Source: Malacoraja senta
Lineage: Eukaryota
NCBI GenBank assembly: GCA_038087875.1
Contig: JAXLNO010003642.1
Span: 186,001-250,000 of the forward strand
Direction: 5' to 3'
Length of the DNA: 64,000 nucleotides
In this document: piece after piece, positions 47,790-59,899 of the stretch
Layout of the letters: the number at the start of each line of letters is the position of its first letter
Numbering within the stretch: the first letter of the stretch is position 1
The notes under the pieces: generated by a model
Database searches by the model: none
The model's input: only the letters and a program-made list of their open reading frames with translations
What the model was told of the DNA's origin: nothing
Translations under genes and position numbers: made by a program

Positions 47790-48630
47790 TAAAGGGAGGT
47801 TTCACGGCAGTCGGGTCACGACCCGTGACCCATACTGTTGCTACGCTACGCCAAGTGGAGTACACGCGATGAACTGCAGGTAAGCACTGACCATTGTTTC
47901 CAGCGTAGCGGGCCTGATAAAACACGCCGAAATGGTCAATTTTCGCGCTGTAAATAATTATGGAAATCGGGATAAGTGTGAGACATTTATCCTACTTCAG
48001 AATTCCAAAAGTGAGGAGAAATGACGGTAGATAGAAGCGAGAGCTGAAGGGACAACAACAGCTAAAGTGCTTGGTGAACATTGGCCGTTTGCTCACTGCA
48101 TTTCATCAACTAAGGAATTATTTGTGTTTTTTCTTGATTCCTTTGGCATTTAAAAAGTTTCAGAAGGGATAAATCTGGCTGTAAAATTTTAAACTCGCCC
48201 ATGGTTCTCAAGTGGGTTTTTACATACAAAAAGAAAACGCCTCTGAAGCAAAATTTACAACCAGATTTATCACTTCTGAGACTTTTTAGACACCAAAGGA
48301 ATCAAGAAAAAACACAAATAATGCCTTACTGTTGATGAAATGCAGCGAGCAAAAGCGATAATTCCCAATGTTTTCAATCTCGATATCTGCACGGCCAATG
48401 TTCGCCAAGTACTTTAGCTGTTGTTGTCCCTTCAGCTCTCGCTTCTCTTTACCTTCATTTCGCTTCACTTTTGGAATTCTGAAGTTGGCTACATGTCTCT
48501 CACACTTACCCCGGCTTCCACTATTTTTTACAGCGCAAACATTGAACAATTTGGCGTTTTTTAACAGGTAGGAAAGTACGCGTTTCTTGCATTAATAACA
48601 TATACCGGAAGCTGCGATGTCCTCCACATG
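47790..48630. mobile_element. THAP-domain DNA transposon remnant with two inverted THAP-exon copies
   Basis: Minus strand 48549-48300 reads CAVKNSG...FRIPKV...YLANIGRAD...RFCSLHF followed by a GTAAG donor. Plus strand 47931-48120 is a decayed copy starting MVNFRAVNNYGNR. Confidence 0.7.
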
Positions 48631-48634
48631 GATT

Positions 48635-50500
48635 AGAAACATAGAAACCTAGCAAATAGGTGCAGGAGTAGGCCATTCAATATGATCATGGCTGATCATC
48701 CAACTCAGTATCCTGTACCTGCTTTCTCTCCATACCCCCTTTAGCCACAAGGGCCACATCTAACTCCCTCTTAAATATAGCCAATGAAATGGCCTCAACT
48801 ACATTCTGTGGCAGAGAATTCCAGAGATTCACCACTCTCTGTGTAAAAAATGTTTTTCTCTTCTCAGTCCTAAAAGATTTCCCCTTTATCCTTAAACTGT
48901 GACCCCTTGTTCTGGACTTCCCCAACATCGGGAACAATCTTCCTGCATCTAGCCTGTCCAACCACTTAAGAATTTTGTAAGTTTCTATAAGATCCCCCCT
49001 CAATCTTCTAAATTCTAGCGAGTACAAGCCGAGTCTATCCAGTCTTTCTTCATATGAAAGTCCTGACATCCCAGGAATCAGTCTGGTGAACCTTCTCTGT
49101 ACTCCCTCTATGGCAATAATGTCCTCCCACAGATTAGGAGAACAAAACTGTACGCAATACTCCAGGTGTGGTCTCTCCAAGACCCTGTACAACTGAAGTA
49201 GAACCTCCCTGCTCCTATACTCAAATCCTTTTGCTATGAATGCTCGCATACCATTCGCTTTCTTCACTGCCTGCTGCACCTGCATGCCTACTTTCAATGA
49301 CTGGTGTACCATGACACCCAGGTCTCGTTGCATCTCCCCTTTTCCTAATCGGCCACCATTCAGGTAATAGTCTACTTTCCTGTTTTTGCCACCAAAGTGG
49401 ATAACCTCACATTTATCCACATTATACTGCATCTGCCATGCATTTGCCCACTCACCCAGCCTATCCAAGTCATCTTGCAGCCTCCTAGCACCCTCCTCAC
49501 AGCTAACACTGCCCTCCAGCTTCGTGTCATCCGCAAACTTGGAGATGTTGCATTCAATTCCCTCGTCCAAATCATTAATATATATTGTAAATAGCTGGGG
49601 TCCCAGCACTGAGCCTTGCGGTACCCCACTAGTCACTGCCTGCCATTCTGAAAAGGACCCGTTTACTCCTAGTCTTTGCTTCCTGTCTGCCAGCCAGTTC
49701 TCTATCCACATCAATACTGAACCCCCAATACCGTGTGCTTTAAGTTTGCATACTAATCTCTTATGTGGGACCTTGTCGAAAGCCTTCTGAAAGTCCAGAT
49801 ATAACACATCCACTGGTTCTCCCTTATCCACTCTGCTAGTTACATCCTCGAAAAATTCTATAAGATTCGTCAGACATGATTTACCTTTCATAAATCCATG
49901 CTGACTTTGTCCAATGATTTCACCATTTTCCAAATGTGCTGCTATCCCATCTTTAATAACTGACTAGCAGTTTCCCCACTACCGATGTTAGACTAACTGG
50001 TCTGTAATTCCCCATTTTCTCTCCCTCCCTGTTTTAAAAAGTGGGGGTTACATTAGCTACCCTCCAATCCTCAGGAACTACTCCAGAATCTAAAGAGTTT
50101 TGAAAAATTATCACTAATGCATCCACTATTTCTGGGGCTACTTCCTTAAGTACTCTAGGATGCAGCCTATCTATCCCTGGGGATTTATCGGCCTTTAATC
50201 CATTCAATTTACCTAACACCACTTCCCAGCTAACCTGGATTTCACTCAGTTCCTCCATCTCATTTGACCCCCGGTCCCCTGCTATTTCTGGCAGATTAAT
50301 TAAGTCATCCTTAGTGAAGAGAGAACCAAAGTAGTTATTCAATTGGTCTATCTCCTTGTTCCCCATGATCAATTCACCTGTTTCTGACTGCAAGGGACCT
50401 ACATTTGTTTTCTCTTTTTCTCTTCACATATCTATAAAAACTTTTGCAGTCAGTTTTTATGTTCCCTGCCAGTTTTCTTTCATAATCTATTTTCCCTGTA
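48635..50500 (-). mobile_element. CR1 LINE, 5'-truncated, RT domain largely open
   Basis: KSPGIDRLHPRVLKE; [57 protein letters not shown] (415-aa ORF 49933-48686). Confidence 0.95.
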
Positions 50501-50655
50501 AGTACAGGAGCAGGGAGGTTCAACTGCAGGTGTACAGGGTCTTGGTGAGACCACACCTGGAGATTGAGCGGTTCCTTTCATCAAGCCCTTTGACCCGGTG
50601 ACCTTATATGCACACCCCCTATAACTCCAGATGTGGTCTCACCAGAGGCCTGTGG

Positions 50656-51296
50656 CAGGGGCGGAAAACCTGGGGGGGGGGGTGGGGCCAGAGGGGACAT
50701 GTCCCACCCCCCATGTTTTGAGAGGTGGAGGACATCCCCCCCACTTTCCACGAGACAGTGGGGGTGGGACTGATGATCGAGGGCGCGATTATTGGAGGAG
50801 GGAGGAGTGGGGGAAGAGGGTGGGACTGAGGATAGAACGCGGCGATTAGAGGAGGGAGACGTGGCACAGACCTGCTCCTCATCCGCAGGCAGGATCAATC
50901 CCGGCCGGCTCTCCGGCGCTGTCCCGTCCCCCCCCCCCCCCCCCCCACGGGTGGCCAGAGAGGTCGGCAGTCAGACGGGAGCTGTACCCCCAGGCCCACA
51001 GCCAGCGCAGAGAAACAGCCCTAAACCCAGCTCACTCTGCCTGTCCCGCCAGGTGAATCTGCCTGGACTTGCGGAAAATATGGCCAGCGCGGAGAAGCAG
51101 CGCTGGTGTCCCGTCAGTCCAGGCAGGGCTATAGTTAACCCGGTGAGACAGGCAGTGTTGAGCTGCATTTAGCGCTGGATTGAGCTTCCGAAGCCTCGCG
51201 CGCATGTGTGTGTGTGAGTGTGCGCATGCGCGCGCGGCCGTCCAAAAATCGTGTTCCCCGTCCCCTCCATGTTTTGATTAGCGAGTTCTGCTCTTG
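50656..51296. mobile_element. Probable hAT-like element with GC-rich interior, inserted in the first unit of the minisatellite
   Basis: Left end CAGGGGCGGAA and right end TTCTGCTCTTG (three C>T changes from a perfect TIR). Shared subterminal CCATGTTTTGA motif. Flanks GCCTGTGG / CCCTGTAC are a degraded TSD. NRF1-type GCGCATGCGC at ~51222. Confidence 0.5.
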
Positions 51297-54200
51297 CCCT
51301 GTACAACTGCAGAAGAACCAATTTACTGCTATACTGGACACATACTCCAGATGTGGTCTCACCAGAGCCCTCCTGTACAACTGCAGAAGGACCTCTATAC
51401 TCCTATACTGGACACATACTCCGGATGTGGTCTCACCAGAGCCCTGTACAACTGCAGGACCTCTATACTCCTATACTGGACACATACTCCAGATGTGGTC
51501 TCACCAGAGCCATGTACAACTTCAGAAGGACCTCTATACTCCTATACTGGACACATACTCCAGATGTGGTCTCACCAGAGCCCTCCTGTACAACTGCAGA
51601 AGGACCTATGTACACCTATACTGGACACATACTGCAGATGTGGTCTCACCAGAGCCCTCCTGTACAACTGGAGAAGGACCTCCATACTCCTATACTGGAC
51701 ACCTACTCCAGATGTGATCTCACCAGAGCCCTCCTGTACAACTGCAGAAGGACCTCTATACTCTTATACTGGACACATACTCCAGATGTGGTCTCACCAG
51801 AGCCCTCCTGTACAACTGCAGAAGGACCTCTATACTCCTATACTGGACACATACTCCAGATGTGGTCTCACCAGAGCCATGTACAAATGCAGAAGGACCT
51901 CTATACTCCTATACTGGACACATACTCCAGATGTGGTCTCACCAGAGCCCTCCTGTACAAATGCAGAAGGACCTCTATACTCCTATACTGGACACATACT
52001 CCAGATGTGGTCTCACCAGAGCCCTCCTGTACAACTGCAGAAGGACCTCTATACTCCTATACTGGACACCTACTCCAGATGTGATCTCACCAGAGCCCTC
52101 CAGTACAACTGCAGAAGGACCTCTATACTCTTATACTGGACACATACTCCAGATGTGGTCTCACCAGAGCCCTCCTGTACAACTGCAGAAGGACTTCTCT
52201 ACTCCTATACTGGAAACATACTCCAGATGTGGTCTCACCAGAGCCCTCCTGTACAACTGCAGAAGGATCCCTATACTCCTATACTGGACACATACTGCAG
52301 TTGTGGTCTCACCAGAGCCCTGTACAACTGCAGAAGGACCTCTATGCTCCTATACTGGACACATACTCCAGTTGTGGTCTCCCCAGAGCCCTCCTGTACA
52401 ACTGCAGAAGGACCTCTATACTCCTATACTCGACGCATACTGCAGATGTGGTCTCACCAGAGCCCTCCTGTACAACTGCAGAAGGACCTCTGTACTCCTA
52501 TACTCGACACATACTCCAGATGTGGTCTCACCAGAGCCCTCCTGTACAACTGCAGAAGGACCTCTATACTCCTATACTGGACACATACTGCAGTTGTGGT
52601 CTCACCAGAGCCCTGTACAACTGCAGAAGGACCTCTATACTCCTATACTGGACACATACTCCAGTTGTGATCTCCCCAGAGCCCTCCTGTACAACTGCAG
52701 AAGGACCTCTATACTCCTATACTGGACGCATACTGCAGTTGTGGTCTCACCAGAGCCCTATACAACTGCAGAAGTACCTCTATACTGCTATACTGGACAC
52801 ATACTCCAGATGTGGTCTCACCAAAGCCCTCCTGTACAACTGCAGAAGGACCTCTATACTCCTATACTGGACACATACTCCAGATGTGGTCTCACCAGAG
52901 CCCTGTACAACTGCAGGACCTCTATACTCCTATACTGGACACATACTCCAGATGTGGTCTCACCAGAGCCACGTACAACTGCAGAAGGACCTCTATACTC
53001 CTATACTGGACACATACTCCAGATGTGGTCTCACCAGAGCCCTCCTGTACAACTGGAGAAGGACCTCTGTACTCCTATACTGGACACATACTGCAGATGT
53101 GGTCTCACCAGAGCCCTCCTGTACAACTGGAGAAGGACCTCTATACTCCTATACTGGACACCTACTCCAGATGTGATCTCACCAGAGCCCTCCTGTACAA
53201 CTGCAGAAGGACCTCTATACTCTTATACTGGACACATACTCCAGATGTGGTCTTACCAGAGCCATGTACAAATGCAGAAGGACCTCTATACTCCTATACT
53301 GGACACATACTCCAGATGTGGTCTCACCAGAGCCCTCCTGTACAACTGCAGAAGGACCTCTATACTCCTATACTGGACACCTACTCCAGATGTGATCTCA
53401 CCAGAGCCCTCCTGTACAACTGCAGAAGGACCTCTATACTCTTATACTGGACACATACTCCAGATGTGGTCTCAGCAGAGCCCTCCTCTACAACTGCAGA
53501 AGGACCTCTATACTCCTATACTGGACACATACTCCAGATGTGGTCTCACCAGAGCCCTCCTGTACAACTGCAGAAGGACTTCTCTACCCCTATACTGGAC
53601 ACATACTCCAGATGTGGTCTCACCAGAGCCCTCCTGTACAACTGCAGAAATACCTCTATACTCCTATACTGGACACATACTGCAGTTGTGGTCTCACCAG
53701 AGCCTGTACAACTGCAGAAGGACATCTATACTCCTATACTGGACACATACTCCAGTTGTGATCTCCCAGAGCCCTCCTGTACAACTGCAGAAGGACTTCT
53801 CTACCCCTATACTGGACACATACTCCAGATGTGGTCTCACCAGAGCCCTCCTGTACAACTGCAGAAGACCTCTATACTCCTATACTGGACACATACTGCA
53901 GTTGTGGTCTCACCAGAGCCCTGTACAACTGCAGAAGGACCTCTATACTCCTATACTGGACACATACTCCAGTTGTGATCTCCCCAGAGCCCTCCTGTAC
54001 AACTGCAGAAGGACCTCTATACTCCTATACTGGATGCATACTGCAGTTGGCTCTCACCTGAGCCCTGTACAACTGCAGAAGGACCTCTATACTGCTATAC
54101 TGGACACATATTCCAGATGTGGTCTCACCAAAGCCCTCCTGTACAACTGCAGAAGGACCTCTATACTCCTATACTGGACACATACTCCAGATGTGGTCTC

Positions 54201-57200
54201 ACCAGAGCCCTGTACAACTGCAGGACCTCTATACTCCTATACTGGACACATACTCCAGATGTGGTCTCACCAGAGCCATGTACAAATGCAGAAGGACCTC
54301 TATACTCCTATACTGGACACATACTCCAGATGTGGTCTCACCAAAGCCCTCCTGTACAACTGCAGAAGGACCTCTATACTCCTATACTGGACACATACTC
54401 CAGATGTGGTCTCACCAGAGCCCTGTACAACTGCAGGACCTCTATACTCCTATACTGGACACATACTCCAGATGTGGTCTCACCAGAGCCATGTACAACT
54501 GCAGAAGGACCTCTATACTCCTATACTGGACACATACTCCAGATGTGGTCTCACCAGAGCCCTCCTGTACAACTGCAGAAGGACCTCTGTACTCCTATAC
54601 TGGACACATACTGCAGATGTGGTCTCACCAGAGCCCTCTGTACAACTGGAGAAGGACCTCTATACTCCTATACTGACACCTACTCCAGATGTGATCTCAC
54701 CAGAGCCCTCCTGTACAACTGCAGAAGGACCTCTATACTCTTATACTGGACACATACTCCAGATGTGGTCTCACCAGAGCCCTGCTGTACAACTGCAGAA
54801 GGACCTCTATACTCCTATACTGGACACATACTACAGTTGTGGTCTCACCAGAGCCCTGTACAACTGCAGAAGGACCTCTGTACTCCTATACTAGACACAT
54901 ACTGCAGATGTGGTCATACCAGAGCCCTCCTGTACAACTGCAGAAGGACCTCTATACTCCTATACTGGACACATACTCCAGATGTGGTCTCACCAGAGCC
55001 CTCCTGTACAACTGCAGAAGGACCTCTGTACTCCTATACTGGACACATACTGCAGATGTGGTCTCACCAGAGCCCTCCTGTACAACTGGAGAAGGACCTC
55101 TATACTCCTATACTGGACACCTACTCCAGATGTGATCTCACCAGAGCCCTCCTGTACAACTGCAGAAGGACCTCTATACTCTTATACTGGACACATACTC
55201 CAGATGTGGTCTCACCAGAGCCCTGCTGTACAACTGCAGAAGGACCTCTATACTCCTATACTGGACACATACTACAGTTGTGGTCTCACCAGAGCCCTGT
55301 ACAACTGCAGAAGGACCTCTGTACTCCTATACTAGACACATACTGCAGATGTGGTCATACCAGAGCCCTCCTGTACAACTGCAGAAGGACCTCTATACTC
55401 CTATACTGGACACCTACTCCAGATGTGATCTTACCAGAGCCCTCCTGTACAACTGCAGAAGGACCTCTATACTCTTATACTGGACATACTCCAGATGTGG
55501 TCTCACCAGAGCCCTCCTGTACAACTGCAGAAGGACCTCTATACTCCTATACTGGACACATACTCCAGATGTGGTCTCACCAGACCCCTCCTGTACAACT
55601 GCAGAAGGACTTCTCTACTCCTATACTGGACATACTCCAGATGTGGTATCACCAGAGCCCTCCTGTACAACTGCAGAAGGACCTCTATACTCCTATACTG
55701 GACACATACTGCAGTTGTGGTCTCACCAGAGCCCTGTACCACTGCAGAAGGACCTCTATACTCCTATACTGGACACATACTCCAGATGTGGTCTCACCAG
55801 AGCCCTCCTGTACAACTGCAGAAGGACCTCTATACTCCTATACTGGACACATACTCCAGATGTGGTCACACCAGAGCCCTCCTGTACAACTGCAGAAGGA
55901 CCTCTATACTCCTATACTGGACACATACTCCAGATGTGGTCTCACCAGAGCCCTGTACAACTGCAGAGGACCTCTATACTCCTATACTGGACGCATACTC
56001 CAGATGTGGTCTCACCAGAGCCCTCCTGTACAACTGCAGAAGGACCGCTATAGTCCTATATTCGACACATACTCCAGATGTGGTCTCACCAGAGCCCTCC
56101 TGTACAACTGCAGAAGGACCTCTATACTCCTATACTGGACACATACTGCAGTTGTGGTCTCACCAGAGCCCTGTACAACTGCAGAAGGACCTCTATACTC
56201 CTATACTGGACACATACTCCAGATGTGGTCTCACCAGAGCCCTCCTGTACAACTGCAGAAGGACCTCTATACTCCTATACTGGACACATACTCCAGATGT
56301 GGTCTCACCAGAGCCCTGTTCAACTGCAGGACCTCTATACTCCTATACTGGACACATACTCAGATGTGGTCTCACCAGAGCCATGTACAACTGCAGAAGG
56401 ATCTCTATACTCCCATACTGGACACATACTCCAGATGTGGTCTCACCAGAGCCCTCCTGTACAACTGCAGAAGGACCTCTATACTCCTATACTGGACACA
56501 TACTCCAGATGTGGTCTCACCAGAGCCCTCCTGTACAACTGCAGGACTTCTCTACTCCTATACTGGACACATACTCCAGATGTGGTATCACCAGTCTCCT
56601 GTACAACTGCAGAAGGACCTCTATACTCTTATACTGGACACATACTCCAGATGTGGTCTCACCAGAGCCCTCCTGTACAACTGCAGAAGGACCTCTATAC
56701 TCCTATACTGGACACATACTCCAGATGTGGTCTCACCAGAGCCCTCCTGTACAATTGCAGGACTTCTCTACTCCTATACTGGACACATACTCCAGATGTG
56801 GTATCACCAGAGCCCTGCTGTACAACTGCAGAAGGACCTCTATACTCCTATACTGGACACATACTGCAGTTGTGGTCTCACCAGAGCCCTGTACAACTGC
56901 AGAAGGACCTCTATACTCCTATACTGGACACATACTCCAGTTGTGGTCTCCCAGAGCCCTCCTGTACAACTGCAGAAGGACCTCTAACTCCTATACTGGA
57001 CACATACTCCAGATGTGGTCTCACCAGAGCCGTGTACAACTGCAGAAGGACCTCTATACTCCTATACTGGACACATACTCCAGATGTGGTCTCACCAGAG
57101 CCCTCCTGTACAACTGCAGAAGGTCCTCTGTACTCCTATACTGGACACATACTGCAGATGTGGTCATACCAGAGCCCTCCTGTACAACTGCAGAAGGACC

Positions 57201-58035
57201 TCTATACTCCTATACTGGACACCTACTCCAGATGTGATCTTACCAGAGCCCTCTGTACAACTGCAGAAGGACCTCTATACTCTTATACTGGACATACTCC
57301 AGATGTGGTCTCACCAGAGCCCTCCTGTACAACTGCAGAAGGACCTCTATACTCCTATACTGGACACATACTCCAGATGTGGTCTCACCAGACCCCTCCT
57401 GTACAACTGCAGAAGGACTTCTCTACTCCTATACTGGACACATACTCCAGATGTGGTATCACCAGAGCCCTCCTGTACAACTGCAGAAGGACCTCTATAC
57501 TTCTATACTGGACACATACTGCAGTTGTGGTCTCACCAGAGCCCTGTACAACTGCAGAAGGACCTCTATACTCCTATACTGGACACATACTCCAGATGTG
57601 GTCTCAGCAGAGCCCTCCTGTACAACTGCAGAAGGACCGCTACACTCCTATACTGGACACATACTCCAAATGTGGTCTCACCAGAGCCCTCCTGTACAAC
57701 TGCAGAAGGACCTCTATACTCCTATACTGGACACATACTCCAGATGTGGTCTCACCAGAGCCCTGTACAACTGCAGAAGGACCTCTATACTCCTATACTG
57801 ACGCATACTCCAGATGTGGTCTCACCAGAGCCCTCCTGTACAACTGCAGAAGGACTGCTATAGTCCTATATTCGACACATACTCCAGATGTGGTCTCACC
57901 AGAGCCTCCTGTACAACTGCAGAAGGACCTCTATACTCCTATACTGGACACATACTCCAGATGTGGTCTCATTAGAGCCCTCCTGTACAACTGCCGGACC
58001 TCTATACTCCTATGCTGGACACAATACTCCAGATG
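51297..58035. repeat. CR1-derived minisatellite, unit 74/71/68 bp, roughly 90 copies (~6.7 kb)
   Basis: Unit CCAGAGCCCTCCTGTACAACTGCAGAAGGACCTCTATACTCCTATACTGGACACATACTCCAGATGTGGTCTCA. Its reverse complement matches the CR1 ORF2 segment [19 protein letters not shown] seen at 46.5 and 49.2 kb. Confidence 0.95.
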
Positions 58036-58049
58036 TCCCTCTAACCTTC

Positions 58050-58440
58050 AGCCCATTGGCCGCGCCGACTGTCCGTCTCCCACATCCTCCAATCAGTAAC
58101 GAGAGAAGGCGGGACGACTTCCAATCTCCCCCCCATTGGATGATCTGGCCGCCCATCACAAATGTCCATCCATCAGCCACGTCTAGATTCGGTACAACCT
58201 CCTACTCCCCCGCCCATTGGCCGGTCTTCCGTCCGTCAACCCGTCTCTGGCCCATTGGATGATCCGTCCGCCCATCACCCAGTCTCCATCCAATCAGCGC
58301 CTGCGGAGGCGGGATGACCCTGGAACGAGCCGCCCATTGGCCGGGCCGCCGTCCGTCACCGCCTCCTCGTCCAATCAGCGCGGTCGGGGGGCGGGACCTG
58401 GCGGCGTTTGGGGCCCGGAGCCGCCGCCATCTTGATCGCC
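58050..58440 (+). promoter_or_regulatory. CpG-island promoter: 9 CCAAT boxes, a GC box and a YY1 motif
   Basis: CCAAT/ATTGG at 58055, 58089, 58121, 58135, 58216, 58254, 58290, 58336 and 58371. GGGGCGGG at ~58388. GCCGCCATCTT at ~58424. Confidence 0.65.
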
Positions 58441-58695
58441 GGCGCCGTCTCCGTCTCCCCTCACTAAGTCTCACTCTCCCTCTCTCTCTCTCTCTGTCCC
58501 CGAGCGTCCCCGCCCCGCTACCTTGGTGCCGGGGGTGAAGCGCTGCCGCCCGCCCGCCGGGGTCATGGCCGCCGTGGATGATGCGTTTGGCCACCCCGTC
58601 CATGTCCAACAGCGGCGCCTCGATCAACCGCCCGCCCGCTCGGGTGTTTCCGCTCACGCACTCGGGTGTTTCCGGCGGCGGTCATGCACTCGGCT

Positions 58696-58800
58696 CACTC
58701 GGGCTGTGACGTCACTCGGGCTCGGGCGTCTCCTCACTCGGGCTGTGACGTCACTCGGGCGTCTCCTTACTCGGGCTGTGACGTCACTCGGGCGTCACGT
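58696..58800. repeat. Three tandem 33-39-bp units, each with a perfect CRE palindrome
   Basis: TGACGTCA at 58707, 58746 and 58779, within the unit cactcgggctgtgacgtcactcgggcgtctcct. Confidence 0.8.
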
Positions 58801-58892
58801 TGAGTACAGGAGCAGGGAGGTTCTGCAGGTACACAAAAATGCTGGAGCAACTCAGCGGGTGCAGCAGCATCTATGGAGCGAAGGAAACAGGC

Positions 58893-58920
58893 AACGTTTC
58901 GGGCCGAAACCGTTCTTCAG
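58893..58920 (-). ncRNA. Minimal hammerhead motif, Penelope tail copy
   Basis: Reverse complement CTGAAGA-ACGGT(TTCG)GCCC-GAAAC-GTT. The core is intact, stem II is weakened and the triplet is GUU. Confidence 0.4.
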
Positions 58921-59899
58921 ACTCATAGGGGGCAGTTGTACAGGGTCTTGGTGAGACCACACCTGGGGGTCAGTGTTAGCTGTGAGGAGGATGCTAGGAG
59001 GCTGCAAGGTGACTTGGATAGGCTGGGTGAGTGGGCAAAATGCATGGCAGATGCAGTATAATGTGGATAAATGTGAGGTTATCCACTTTGGTGGCAAAAA
59101 CAGGAAAGTAGACTTATCTGAATGGTTTTCGATTAGAAAAAGGGGAGATGCAACGAGACCTCGGTGTCATGGTACACCAGTCATTGAAAGTAGGCATGCA
59201 GGTGCAGCAGGCAGTGCAGGGCTCTCGCTTAACTTTTTTTCCCTGTTGCCAGCCGGGCAACCTAGGCAGCTTTTTAGGTTTCCAAATGACAGTTTAGGTG
59301 GTCATTTAAGATGGCTTGCATGACGCGTGCGATAATGTGCTCGGACGAAGTGCGTAGTTACCAGTCGGAATTACACTCAAGGAAGCATTCACATATTATT
59401 TCTGCTTCAAATAAAGTCACAAACTAAACATATTCACCAATCAAGACATGATATATCCCACAATGACATGCAGCAAAATTATAAGACAGTATCAACTCTT
59501 TTTACACATTGCAATGAATGAAATTTCTATTAGTTCTTTGCACTTCCAAACAAAAATGTGGTTGGATTATTCAGCGTATGATCAACCTGTGTCAATAAAT
59601 CCTGGACCATGGTAACATATATGCGTACGTATAGTTGTGAATGTTGCTCATTAAATAACTACAGTACTGATACTCCATATTTAGAGCATTGATTTGCCGT
59701 TAAAATGAATTCTGTAATAACGTGTCAAAGGCAGCAGTGACAATCGAACACTGCGGTTTTAATGTTTCACGTGTTCACAATTTAATTAATCCATCTTTAT
59801 GGATTAAAACAAATAATAACATTGGGAATTAAAACACATTTGATTGCATTCCATTATCAAACATAGTCAATGTTCGCTCTGAATACATTTCCAGCACAA

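Noticed and set aside
51297-58035. CRISPR-like array
   Set aside because: The units are contiguous with no unique spacers, there are no cas genes, and the context is eukaryotic.
51294-58099. Very long plus-strand ORFs (up to 1010 aa) as a real repetitive protein
   Set aside because: They arise because the antisense CR1 unit lacks stop codons and its length cycles through the frames. There is no start or splice context, and the ORFs overlap in all three frames.
58522-58620. CENP-A/H3-like (RFTPGTK) or HAD-motif (DMDGV) assignment of the minus-strand peptides
   Set aside because: These are matches of only 5-7 residues with no flanking domain support.
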